The translations under genes were made by a program, and so were the position numbers. Positions 11,966 through 20,075 of a stretch of 64,000 nucleotides of DNA are shown piece after piece. The notes under the pieces were generated by a model. The model made no database searches. It saw only the letters and a list, made by a program, of their open reading frames with translations, and was not told the DNA's origin. Source of the DNA: Gammaproteobacteria bacterium (lineage in GTDB: Bacteria > Pseudomonadota > Gammaproteobacteria > CBDBNL01 > G965229495); contig OZ245880.1 of NCBI GenBank assembly GCA_965229495.1, positions 2,141,012 through 2,205,011 of the forward strand, written 5' to 3'. Within the stretch, counting starts at the first letter, position 1; every line of letters starts with the position of its first letter.

Positions 11966-12300
11966 CAGCTAGGATCACCTACTTGCACTCGGCCGGACTG
12001 AGACCGCCGACTTGTACTCGGCAGGTCCGATATCGCCAAGTTGTACTCGGCAGGGCTGGGATCGCCGAGTTGTACTCGGCAGGAGGCGCCCGCATGGGCG
12101 TCTCCCCAAAAGTACCGACTAACCCAAGACATCGAATTCGCTACTAGCTCGGTGCCCTGGAAGCGACCATATCGCCCACCGTGTAATAAGTGCCGTAACG
12201 GCTATTGGGCAACCAAGCTCACCTCAGCAACGAAGCTTGGTCGCGGCGGAGCGCCGAGTTGCACTCGGCAGGAGGCGAGCTTGCGAGCCTCCCCACCACA
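11966..12300. repeat. REP-like composite palindromic repeat cluster (locus 1 of 3)
   Basis: Several copies of CGCCGAGTTGTACTCGGCAGG (palindrome GCCGAGT-TGT-ACTCGGC) followed by GGAGGCGCCCGCATGGGCGTCTCC (a second palindrome). The same composite occurs at 19790-20075 and 59824-59960. Confidence 0.8.
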
Positions 12301-12431
12301 AGCCTATCCCAGCACCACTTATCCAACCACAGATAAACACGGATAAACACAGATTGAAGCTAAAGAGCTCGTGCTTCTATCGAGCAAATAACCCATTCCG
12401 TGCTTTATCAGAAAGCTTCATGACTCCACCT

Positions 12432-13415
12432 TCACTCACCCCGCGCTAAGGCTTGGCGGTATTTTTCCGCGTCCCAGTTGAGGAGTTGGAGCTCGGCTTG
12501 GCTGCCGATGGCGTCGAGGTGCCAGTGGCGGGGTAGGCGGGTGAGGAGGTCATGCAGGCAGCGGAGCATGGCGTGCTGACCGGCAGTAGCGTCGCTGCGA
12601 AGTAAGACGCCGGTGCCCTCTACTACTACGGCGATGCGGTCGCAGCGAGCGCAGTATTCGCTCATGGTCTCAAGCTTGACGCTGGGTAACGCGGGGCCGA
12701 GAAAGACTACGTGATCCGGGTAGTACGAGCCGTGAGTGGCGAGCGGCTGTTGCGCTAGATCAGAATACTGCCATTGCCAGCCAGCGGGTGGCAGCAGGCT
12801 AGGCGCTTCGGGTTCGGTGGTGGTTATCCCCAAAGCCAAAGCGGTCTGTACTTTGTCAACTAACTCTTCAACATCAGCTACGCTCTCCGCCGCGACTATG
12901 AGCCCATGATTGGCTAATAGCCAAACTTGCGGCGCCGCGTTTGCAGCGTGCAATTGCTCGCGCATCGCCCGCGCTAGCTCTAGCCCTGGCTTGTGGTAGG
13001 GCACGAGTTGCCAGTCGAGTCCAGCTAATTTATCCGCCAGCAACTCGCGCCCCTCTGGACTGCTGGCGTGGGCGATGCAGTCTATGGAGTGCAGATGAAC
13101 GACGTAGCGCTGCGGCAGCAGGGCGTGGAAAGTGGTTTCTATCGAGGGCCTGAGCTTACTGGTCTTATCGACTAAAGCGCCCTGGCAATCGCCCGTGCTC
13201 TCGACCTTGTCAAGCTCGGCTAAGACTTGGACAATGTCAACGTCGACGAATATATCCTGCTGCTGCGCTTGCGCCAGTTGGGTGCCGGAGGCTTTCACCG
13301 CCATCACACCGCCCTGCTTTACCGAGCTATTGCCACCCGAAGCCTGGATGAGGTTGGGGTCGGTGCCGTAGCGCGCGCAGAGTGCGAGGAAATCCGTGCC
13401 GAGCGCAACACCCAT
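12432..13415 (-). CDS. Class II aldolase/adducin family protein
   Basis: Internal ATG at 13415 chosen. The longer ORF-track start would overlap the upstream gene and has a low-complexity, Arg-rich N-terminus. Motifs NSSVKQGGVMAVKASG, SIETTFHALL and HLHS (E-T-x-x-H ... H-x-H zinc site) indicate a class II aldolase fold. Confidence 0.7.
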   Translation of the reverse strand: MGVALGTDFLALCARYGTDPNLIQASGGNSSVKQGGVMAVKASGTQLAQAQQQDIFVDVDIVQVLAELDKVESTGDCQGALVDKTSKLRPSIETTFHALLPQRYVVHLHSIDCIAHASSPEGRELLADKLAGLDWQLVPYHKPGLELARAMREQLHAANAAPQVWLLANHGLIVAAESVADVEELVDKVQTALALGITTTEPEAPSLLPPAGWQWQYSDLAQQPLATHGSYYPDHVVFLGPALPSVKLETMSEYCARCDRIAVVVEGTGVLLRSDATAGQHAMLRCLHDLLTRLPRHWHLDAIGSQAELQLLNWDAEKYRQALARGE

Positions 13416-13417
13416 GC

Positions 13418-14245
13418 TCAACGCGGCATATCGGCGAAGTAAAAAGAGTAGCCCGGGATGAACTCGCGGCGCTTGCGCAGTTGCATTCCTGGGAAAGGAT
13501 AGCACTCGTGCGCGCCCACGGCTTCGTCGTGGCAGGGCAGGATGTAGTCGGCGCGTTTGTCGATCTCCTCGACCGAGCGCCAGCCGTCGATAGCGCTGAC
13601 GAAACGCGCCGGCACCCAATAACGCCACTTCTCGGCCTCATTCGGCTCCATGTTGCGCGCTTGGAAGATGGCGTCGCCAGCGAGCACGATGTCGCCGACT
13701 TCGGTGTGCACGGTTACCGCCATGTGCCCCGGCGAATGCCCTGGGGCCGGGAACATGCTGATCCCGGGCAGCACTTCGCACTCGCCGTGCACGAGCTCAA
13801 AGTTGCAACCGTAATACGCTGGTTCGATGCCGAGCACTGGCGATTCGTAGGTGCGGTAGTACAGCGGCAGCGGGTTGTACGCCCATTTGATCTCGACTTC
13901 GGGGCAAATGTAGCGCGCGTTGGGGAATTGCTTCATGTTCTGCACGTGGTCCCAGTGCAGATGCGTGAAGACGATGGCGTCGATCTCCTCGGGCTTGACT
14001 CCGAGCTTTTGCTCCAGGTGCAGGTGCACTTCGCTACAGCCACGCTTCTGGCATTTGTGGTGGTATTTGGTCGCGCGCGCCTCGTCGCAGAGGCCGGTAT
14101 CGACCAGTATTTTGTGCTCGGCGGTTTCGACATAAAAGCAGTACACCGGGTTCCAGATCTTTTGCCCAGCGGCGCCTTTCCAGAAAATATAAGTGCCTAG
14201 GTCGGCTTCCAGCCAACCGGTGTTGATGGGGTAAATTTTGCTCAT
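13418..14245 (-). CDS. MBL-fold metallo-hydrolase (AHL-lactonase-like)
   Basis: 275 aa with HLHWDH (HxHxDH) and downstream His/Asp ligands. Size and motif spacing are like N-acyl homoserine lactonase / UlaG-type lactonases. Confidence 0.75.
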   Translation of the reverse strand: MSKIYPINTGWLEADLGTYIFWKGAAGQKIWNPVYCFYVETAEHKILVDTGLCDEARATKYHHKCQKRGCSEVHLHLEQKLGVKPEEIDAIVFTHLHWDHVQNMKQFPNARYICPEVEIKWAYNPLPLYYRTYESPVLGIEPAYYGCNFELVHGECEVLPGISMFPAPGHSPGHMAVTVHTEVGDIVLAGDAIFQARNMEPNEAEKWRYWVPARFVSAIDGWRSVEEIDKRADYILPCHDEAVGAHECYPFPGMQLRKRREFIPGYSFYFADMPR

Positions 14246-14263
14246 GGGTGCTTTGCCAAGTGG

Positions 14264-14932
14264 TTATAGAGTCTCCAATATCTCAATGTAGCTATTTGAT
14301 ATTAGTTGGTTTAATGAATTGTCGGCGCTGCTGCCAGGGCTGAGCAGCGACGATATGATTTGCTCGTGCAACTCTACCGATTTCATCAGGCTGTCCTGGT
14401 CGGCGAATTTGCGCGCGCGGAAGGCGCCGGTGCGGTAGCGGAAGTTGCTCGCCATCGCTTCGATGTGCGGGTTGCCGGTGGCGCGGTAGATCGCCTGGTG
14501 AAAGTCGTCGTTGGCGCGGATGAAGGCGCGGCGGTCGTCGAGCTCGGCGGCTTGGCGGCAGCGCTGCTGGGCTTGCTCGATGCGCGTGCGCGCCAGCAGG
14601 GTCATCTTGCGCGCCGCCAGCTTGGCGCACAACAGCTCGATCTCTTGCATGGCCTCGAACATTTGTGCCACAGCGTCGATGCTGTAATTGGCGACAAACA
14701 GCCCACGCTTAGTGCCTTTGGTGAGTATTTGCTGCGCGCGCAGGCTTTTCAGCGCTTCGCGCACTGGGGTGCGCGAGGTCGCGAAGCGCTCGGCGAGCTT
14801 GGCCTCGTCGAGCCGTTCCCCAGGCTGCAAAACTCCCAGCGCCACGTCTTCTATGAGCTGCTGAGCGATGCGCTCGGAGTTGGTTTGCGCGCTGTCTTCG
14901 GCGAGGTAATTGTTATTTTTTGCGCTTGGCAT
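14264..14932 (-). CDS. GntR-family transcriptional regulator (FadR/FCD subfamily)
   Basis: N-terminal winged HTH (GERLDEAKLAERFATSRTPVREAL) plus C-terminal FCD-like helical domain. ATG at 14932 preferred over the TTG at 14947. Confidence 0.85.
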   Translation of the reverse strand: MPSAKNNNYLAEDSAQTNSERIAQQLIEDVALGVLQPGERLDEAKLAERFATSRTPVREALKSLRAQQILTKGTKRGLFVANYSIDAVAQMFEAMQEIELLCAKLAARKMTLLARTRIEQAQQRCRQAAELDDRRAFIRANDDFHQAIYRATGNPHIEAMASNFRYRTGAFRARKFADQDSLMKSVELHEQIISSLLSPGSSADNSLNQLISNSYIEILETL

Positions 14933-15057
14933 ACTGGTAATTTGCAAGTTTCGCTAGCGTGATAAAAGTAGCAATTGTATTCCCAAATTAATTTTTGTAT
15001 ACTTATCGCAGCGCCGCGAGCGAACAGCAGGGATCAACAAAAACAATAAACGCTGCA

Positions 15058-16137
15058 ATGCCGACAATCAAGCTCAACAATTTACGCAAAGAATTTAACG
15101 GCCAAGTCGTAGTGCCGGATCTGAATTTGCAAATGGAGGATGGCGAATTTACCGTGTTTGTCGGGCCTTCTGGCTGCGGCAAATCTACCACCCTGCGCAT
15201 GATCGCCGGCCTGGAGACATTAACATCGGGCGAGATTTACCTCGGCGAGCGCGAGGTTAGCAAGCTAGAGCCCAAAGAGCGCGGTCTGTCGATGGTGTTT
15301 CAGGATTACGCGCTCTATCCACACATGAACGTCGCCAAGAATATCTGCTTTGGCCTCAAGCTGGCGCGTTACCCCAAAGCTGAGATCGAGCAGCGCTTAC
15401 AGCGCGTCGCCACTATGCTCGGCCTGAGCGATTTACTGCAGCGTAAGCCCGCCGAGCTCTCCGGCGGTCAACGCCAGCGCGTGGCGATGGGCCGGGCACT
15501 GGTGCGCGACACCAGCACCCTGCTCATGGACGAGCCGCTGTCGAACCTTGACGCCAAGCTCCGCAACCAAATGCGCGCCGAGCTGGCGCTGATGCGTGAT
15601 AAAGTCGACCGCAACATCATCTACGTAACCCACGATCAGATCGAAGCCATGACCCTCGGCGACCGCATCGTGGTCATGGAAAGCGGCAACATCCAGCAGC
15701 AGGGCAGCGCCCAGGAGCTCTACCAAAAGCCGGTGAATAAATTCGTCGCTGGCTTCATCGGCTCGCCAACGATGAACTTCGTCCCCGTGAGTTTACACGG
15801 CGAGGCCAGCAAACTCCGCGCCCGCAACGACTTCCTCGATTTACCACTACGCGCGCTCGCCGCCGCGCCGCCATCCGCCGAGCTTATCGCTGGCATTCGC
15901 CCCTCCAGCTTCCAAATCGCCGACGCTGACGCCACCGACAGCCTGCAATTGCAAGTGCTCCTGTGCGAATACATCGGCTCGCATTCGCACCTGCTCTGCG
16001 CGGGCAGCGACGGCAGTCGGCTCACAGTCGAGCTCAACTCGCGCACCCCAGTCGGCGCTGGCAGCAGCATCCAGTTGCGCGTGCCGCCGGAAGACATTTA
16101 TTTGTTTGACTCCGAGACCGGAGTCGCCCTTTATTAA
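15058..16137 (+). CDS. Sugar ABC transporter ATP-binding protein (MalK/UgpC-like)
   Basis: Walker A GPSGCGKST, signature LSGGQRQRV, Walker B LLMDEPLSNLD, and a C-terminal TOBE/MalK-type regulatory domain. Confidence 0.9.
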   Translation: MPTIKLNNLRKEFNGQVVVPDLNLQMEDGEFTVFVGPSGCGKSTTLRMIAGLETLTSGEIYLGEREVSKLEPKERGLSMVFQDYALYPHMNVAKNICFGLKLARYPKAEIEQRLQRVATMLGLSDLLQRKPAELSGGQRQRVAMGRALVRDTSTLLMDEPLSNLDAKLRNQMRAELALMRDKVDRNIIYVTHDQIEAMTLGDRIVVMESGNIQQQGSAQELYQKPVNKFVAGFIGSPTMNFVPVSLHGEASKLRARNDFLDLPLRALAAAPPSAELIAGIRPSSFQIADADATDSLQLQVLLCEYIGSHSHLLCAGSDGSRLTVELNSRTPVGAGSSIQLRVPPEDIYLFDSETGVALY

Positions 16138-16158
16138 ACAACCTCACGGAGAAAAACC

Positions 16159-17490
16159 ATGAAAACCAATCTGTTAAATCGCTGCCGCCATGGCTTGCTG
16201 TTGCTCTTGGCAGCCCTCGCGCTACCGCTGGCTGCCAACCCTTACGCCGACTACGAGGGCACGACCCTGGTAGTAAACTTCCCGGCGCACCCGCACTTTG
16301 ACGCGGTGATGAAGGTCTTACCGAAGTTCACCGAAGAGACCGGCATCCGCGTCGAAGTCGATCAATTGCAGTATCTGGCGATGCGCCAAAAGCAAACTCT
16401 GGAGCTCACCAAGCCGCGCGGCGATTACGACCTGCTCGCCTACGTAGTCTTCTCCAAAGCTGACTACGTCGTCGCCGACCAAATCGAGCCGCTGGCGCGC
16501 TTCTTTATGAACGCCAAACTCGCCGATCCCAACTACGACCCCGAAGACCTCATCGACGGCTACGTGCAGAATATCGGCGTCGCTGGCGGTAAGAAAGGCT
16601 ACCTCCCAGGCCCCACTGGCGCCCTGTTTGGCATCCCCTTCGGCTCGGAAACCTCGGTACTCGGCTACCGCAAAGACATCTTCGACAAGCACAACCTCAA
16701 AGTACCGGAAACCTACGAAGAGCTACTGGCAACCTCCTGCCGCATCCAGGAGCTCGAACCCGGCATGGCCGGCTTGACCTCGCGCGGCGCCTCCGGGCAC
16801 CAAACCTCGCACGCCTTCCTGCTACACCTCGCGCCCCTCGGCGGTCGCGTGTTTGACGACAACTGGAATCCCATAGTCAACAACGCCGCTGGCGTCGCCG
16901 CAGCCGAGGCTTTGAAAACCATCCTCGATTGTGGCCCTGAAGGCGGCACCTCCTTCGGCTTCGCCGAAATGAAAAACGCCTTCTTGCAAGGCAAAGCCGC
17001 CATGTTCCTCGATTCCACCGTTGTTGCTGGTGAAGTCGACGACCCGGCCAAATCCAAAGTAGTCGGCAAAGTCGGCTGGGCGATGCACCCGATGGGCGTC
17101 CGCCGCGGCTCGCAAACTGGTGGCTTTGGCATCGCCATTCCCAAGAACGCCGCCAACAAAGAAGCCGCGTTCTTACTGCTGCAATGGCTGACCTCCAAAG
17201 AAGCCGACAAAATGATCGCGCTTGAAGGCGGCAACCCCTCGCGCTTCTCGACTCACGCCGACCCCGAGGTCAACGCCAAATTCCCGCACATGGCGATCTT
17301 CGGCGAAGCCTTGCAATACGCCGACCCCGATTGGCGCCCGATCATCGCGCCCTGGGGCGAGATCAACGGCATCATGGGTAGCACGCTCTCCAAAGCCATG
17401 ACCGGCGAAATGAGCGTGCAAGCAGCACTCGACCAAGTCGCCGAGCGCTCACGCGACATCATGGAGCGAGCTGGCTATTACACCTGGTAG
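16159..17490 (+). CDS. ABC transporter substrate-binding protein (family 1 sugar-binding)
   Basis: 443 aa with N-terminal signal peptide (LLLLLAALALPLAA). GGAG RBS 8 nt upstream. Periplasmic solute-binding fold composition. Confidence 0.85.
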   Translation: MKTNLLNRCRHGLLLLLAALALPLAANPYADYEGTTLVVNFPAHPHFDAVMKVLPKFTEETGIRVEVDQLQYLAMRQKQTLELTKPRGDYDLLAYVVFSKADYVVADQIEPLARFFMNAKLADPNYDPEDLIDGYVQNIGVAGGKKGYLPGPTGALFGIPFGSETSVLGYRKDIFDKHNLKVPETYEELLATSCRIQELEPGMAGLTSRGASGHQTSHAFLLHLAPLGGRVFDDNWNPIVNNAAGVAAAEALKTILDCGPEGGTSFGFAEMKNAFLQGKAAMFLDSTVVAGEVDDPAKSKVVGKVGWAMHPMGVRRGSQTGGFGIAIPKNAANKEAAFLLLQWLTSKEADKMIALEGGNPSRFSTHADPEVNAKFPHMAIFGEALQYADPDWRPIIAPWGEINGIMGSTLSKAMTGEMSVQAALDQVAERSRDIMERAGYYTW

Positions 17491-17513
17491 TAAGCCTCAA
17501 TAACTCTACCAAC

Positions 17514-17551
17514 GCCCGCTGGACAAGCCGTTTGTGGCTTGCCCAGCGGGC
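17514..17551 (+). terminator. Putative intrinsic terminator after the substrate-binding gene
   Basis: GCCCGCTGG ... CCAGCGGGC 9-bp stem enclosing a nested CAAGCC/GGCTTG hairpin, followed by TTGATC. Confidence 0.45.
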
Positions 17552-17765
17552 TTGATCAACTTAGCCCGCCATGGTCAGTAATCCAGATTGGTAGTATTGC
17601 TCAGAGTTTGGGCGATGGTGGCGGATAGATTAAAGCTTTTATGCTAGATTCACATTGAATAGGCGCAAACAGCCTATAATCGCACTCACCCAATTCGGGC
17701 AAAATCTTGCTCACTAAAGCACATGCAAACCATAGTTCTGTACACACTAGTTGCAAAGCTGCGGA

Positions 17766-18344
17766 ATGCTAAATAAATTCTTTGTGGCGCTAGCGCACAC
17801 GCCCCCTAGTCGGTTTATAGCATTTGTTGTAACGTCGCAAGAGGTTCGCATCGCCCTACGGCGCACGTTATTCTGGGGTGTTATCTGGGTAGGTGTGTTG
17901 TACTTAGCAGCGCTTTTTGATGGCTTGGTTCCAGCTCTAATAGCCGCCTTTGGCGAAAAAAATAGTAGCTTGATTGGTGATATTCGAGCGATAGACTTAT
18001 CGGCGTCGGCGGTTGCTTATAGCTACATCGGCTCTGTCGGAGCCGAATCCGCCATCCGAGCTCACGACGATAAAATTACTAATGATGGCACTACAAAAAT
18101 CACACAATCCAGGCTCTGGAAATTTCTTTGGCTATCACTAGCTGTGGCGCTAGCCTCAGCTTTTGCTGAAATGGTCGGCAAGGCCTACGAGTATCAGTAT
18201 TTATACTTCAGCGCTGAAAAATTAGTCGATATCTTCTCTGATCAAAAGTTTCTGATCATTTTTGGTGTCTGTTCGTTACTCAGAGTACTCATTTACTATA
18301 GAGTCCAAGCGGATATCGTTCCCCAAGCAAAACTATCATCATGA
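17766..18344 (+). CDS. Hypothetical membrane protein (3 predicted TM helices), low-GC
   Basis: ATG at 17766 (the ORF track's 17751 is a TTG). Hydrophobic segments LFWGVIWVGVLYLAALF, LWKFLWLSLAVALASAF and FLIIFGVCSLLRVLIYY. Markedly lower GC than flanks. No recognisable family. Confidence 0.5.
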   Translation: MLNKFFVALAHTPPSRFIAFVVTSQEVRIALRRTLFWGVIWVGVLYLAALFDGLVPALIAAFGEKNSSLIGDIRAIDLSASAVAYSYIGSVGAESAIRAHDDKITNDGTTKITQSRLWKFLWLSLAVALASAFAEMVGKAYEYQYLYFSAEKLVDIFSDQKFLIIFGVCSLLRVLIYYRVQADIVPQAKLSS

Positions 18345-18580
18345 CTATCTCACTTATATCGCTGATACTAAAGATATTTAGCGCCATCGTTTGTATATTA
18401 GGACCAGCTTTTATTTGGCAGCACTTCGATTGGTTGAACGTTTACATCATTAGCGATACGCTTTTCGGTGAATTCGTTATCATATCGGCGCCGTTTATTT
18501 CGGTGCTACTCGGGATGTTGATTCTTTTGCGCCTGCTAGATCGCTCGATTAAGACAAATCAGCCGACCAGCAAGCAATAG
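18341..18580 (+). CDS. Hypothetical small membrane protein (2 TM), low-GC
   Basis: 79 aa. ATGA start/stop overlap with the preceding ORF implies translational coupling. Two hydrophobic helices. Confidence 0.45.
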   Translation: MTISLISLILKIFSAIVCILGPAFIWQHFDWLNVYIISDTLFGEFVIISAPFISVLLGMLILLRLLDRSIKTNQPTSKQ

Positions 18581-18886
18581 GCTATGGGTTCGGTTGCGCT
18601 CGGTAGATCGGGTGTGTGCGGTTGATTAGGATGGTCGGTGAGCGCGTGGTTGATAGGATGCGTGGGTGATCAAGATATGAGTGTGGGTACGCGCTTAGGG
18701 AACAACAGGAGGCGACTTGCTGCTTAGTTCGCTTCGATAATAGGTGGCTCGATCGTGCTGCTAGCGATTTCTGCTTAAGATCTCACCCAAGAGGCTGCTT
18801 TGGGATGCTGGTGGTTTCGTTTGCTGCTTATGTGGGGAGGCTCGCGAAATCGTCTCCTGTCGAGTACGACTCGACGTTGCCAAGGC

Positions 18887-19768
18887 TCAGAGTAGTTTTT
18901 GAACTTCGGTGATGTCGATTTGGAGCTGCTGGGCGATGGCGTCCGCGCTAAGGCCTTCTCTCGCCAAAGCCAGAATCTTAACAGCTAGCTGCAGCCCTTC
19001 GGCTCGGCCTTCAACACGCCCCTCGGCGTGTCCTTCGGCGTGTCCCAGTACCCTCTGGGTGCGAACGTTTTCGGCCTCTATTCGGCGGCGCTTTTCTTGA
19101 TATTCGTAGACGGATAGTTCGTCCTGGCTGAGGCTGTGGTAACGCGCGATCTCCAGAGCTTGCAGCAGCGGTGGCTCATTGGCAAAGATATGGGCAAAGT
19201 CTTTATCCTCGCCGCCCTCGGAACCCAAGTACTTCAGGAAAAATATCCATTTATCGACTATGCTTTGGAGTTCGCTTTCGTGCTTGGCAAACTTGGGCAA
19301 TTCGATGAGGCAGAACTCAAAATCTTGGAAGTACCGCTCGTGGGTTACGGTGTCCAGAATCACATGCCGCGATAGGTAGCCGCTATTACTAGGGATCTTA
19401 AAGTTCAGTACGCCAATGAAGTACACCGGCTTGAGCTTGGGGTAATCTACGCCGCGCGACAGCTGCTCAACATAGGCTTTGGAGCTGTAATACAGCGCGC
19501 GCTTATGGAAGGAATGCTGCTGCTCGATTTGCATCTCGACTATGAATTTACGCCCGGATTGGCAAGTGGCGTTGATATCGAGGATGGTTTCCTTGAATTG
19601 CTCGAGCCGCGGCACTTGGTAGGGGTTGGCGAGCTCGACCTCGACCACTTGGCGCTCGCCGCTGAGGCCGAGCACCGAGTTGATAAAGCTGATAAGCACT
19701 TCCTTATGCTGCTCGTTGCCAAAGATGCGCTTGAAGGCAAAATCGATTTGGGGGCTGATGAATTGCAT
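18887..19768 (-). CDS. Rpn-family recombination-promoting nuclease / putative transposase (PD-(D/E)XK, YhgA-like)
   Basis: N-terminus MQFISPQIDFAFKRIFGNEQHKEVLISF is the hallmark of the PDDEXK_1 transposase-like family. C-terminal HAEGHAEGRVEGRAEG repeat is typical of Rpn proteins. Confidence 0.8.
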   Translation of the reverse strand: MQFISPQIDFAFKRIFGNEQHKEVLISFINSVLGLSGERQVVEVELANPYQVPRLEQFKETILDINATCQSGRKFIVEMQIEQQHSFHKRALYYSSKAYVEQLSRGVDYPKLKPVYFIGVLNFKIPSNSGYLSRHVILDTVTHERYFQDFEFCLIELPKFAKHESELQSIVDKWIFFLKYLGSEGGEDKDFAHIFANEPPLLQALEIARYHSLSQDELSVYEYQEKRRRIEAENVRTQRVLGHAEGHAEGRVEGRAEGLQLAVKILALAREGLSADAIAQQLQIDITEVQKLL

Positions 19769-19789
19769 GGCGCTATTGTAGCCACGCTG

Positions 19790-20075
19790 ATGGCTACTCC
19801 ATCAGCTCGGTGCTCCATCTTCCGTGCCGAGTGCAACTCGGTGCTCCTCCTAATTGGGAGACGCCCATGCGGGCGTATTCTGCCGAGTGCAATTCGGCGC
19901 TCCTAATTGGGAGACGCCCATGCGGGCGTCTTCTGCTGAGTGCAACTCGGTGCTCCTCCTAATTGGGAGACGCCCATGCGGGCGTCTTCTGCTGAGTGCA
20001 ACTCGGCGATCCTCCTAATTGGGAGACGCCTATGCGGGCGTCTCCTGCCGAGTACAACTCGGCGCTCCGGCTAGT
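19790..20075. repeat. REP-like composite repeat, tandem array of about 4 units (locus 2)
   Basis: Four consecutive units of about 58 bp: GGAGACGCCCATGCGGGCGTCTTCTGCTGAGTGCAACTCGGTGCTCCTCCTAATTG with minor variants. Opposite orientation to locus 1. Confidence 0.8.

Noticed and set aside
12041-12346. 101-aa ORF and neighbouring small ORFs inside the REP cluster
   Set aside because: Composed of translated palindromic repeat units. No RBS. Repeats are intergenic elsewhere.
12432-13628. Longer 398-aa version of the aldolase ORF
   Set aside because: The first 71 codons would overlap the upstream MBL gene and encode an Arg/Leu-rich low-complexity stretch. Internal ATG at 13415 abuts the MBL gene stop and precedes the first conserved aldolase motif.
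13382-14200. 272-aa forward ORF overlapping the MBL hydrolase gene
   Set aside because: Antisense to a gene with clear HxHxDH metallo-hydrolase motifs. No motifs of its own.
18887-19768. Rpn-family gene as a bona fide insertion sequence
   Set aside because: No terminal inverted repeats or target-site duplications could be identified around it. Rpn/YhgA-like proteins are usually immobile chromosomal nucleases. Kept as a CDS rather than a mobile_element.
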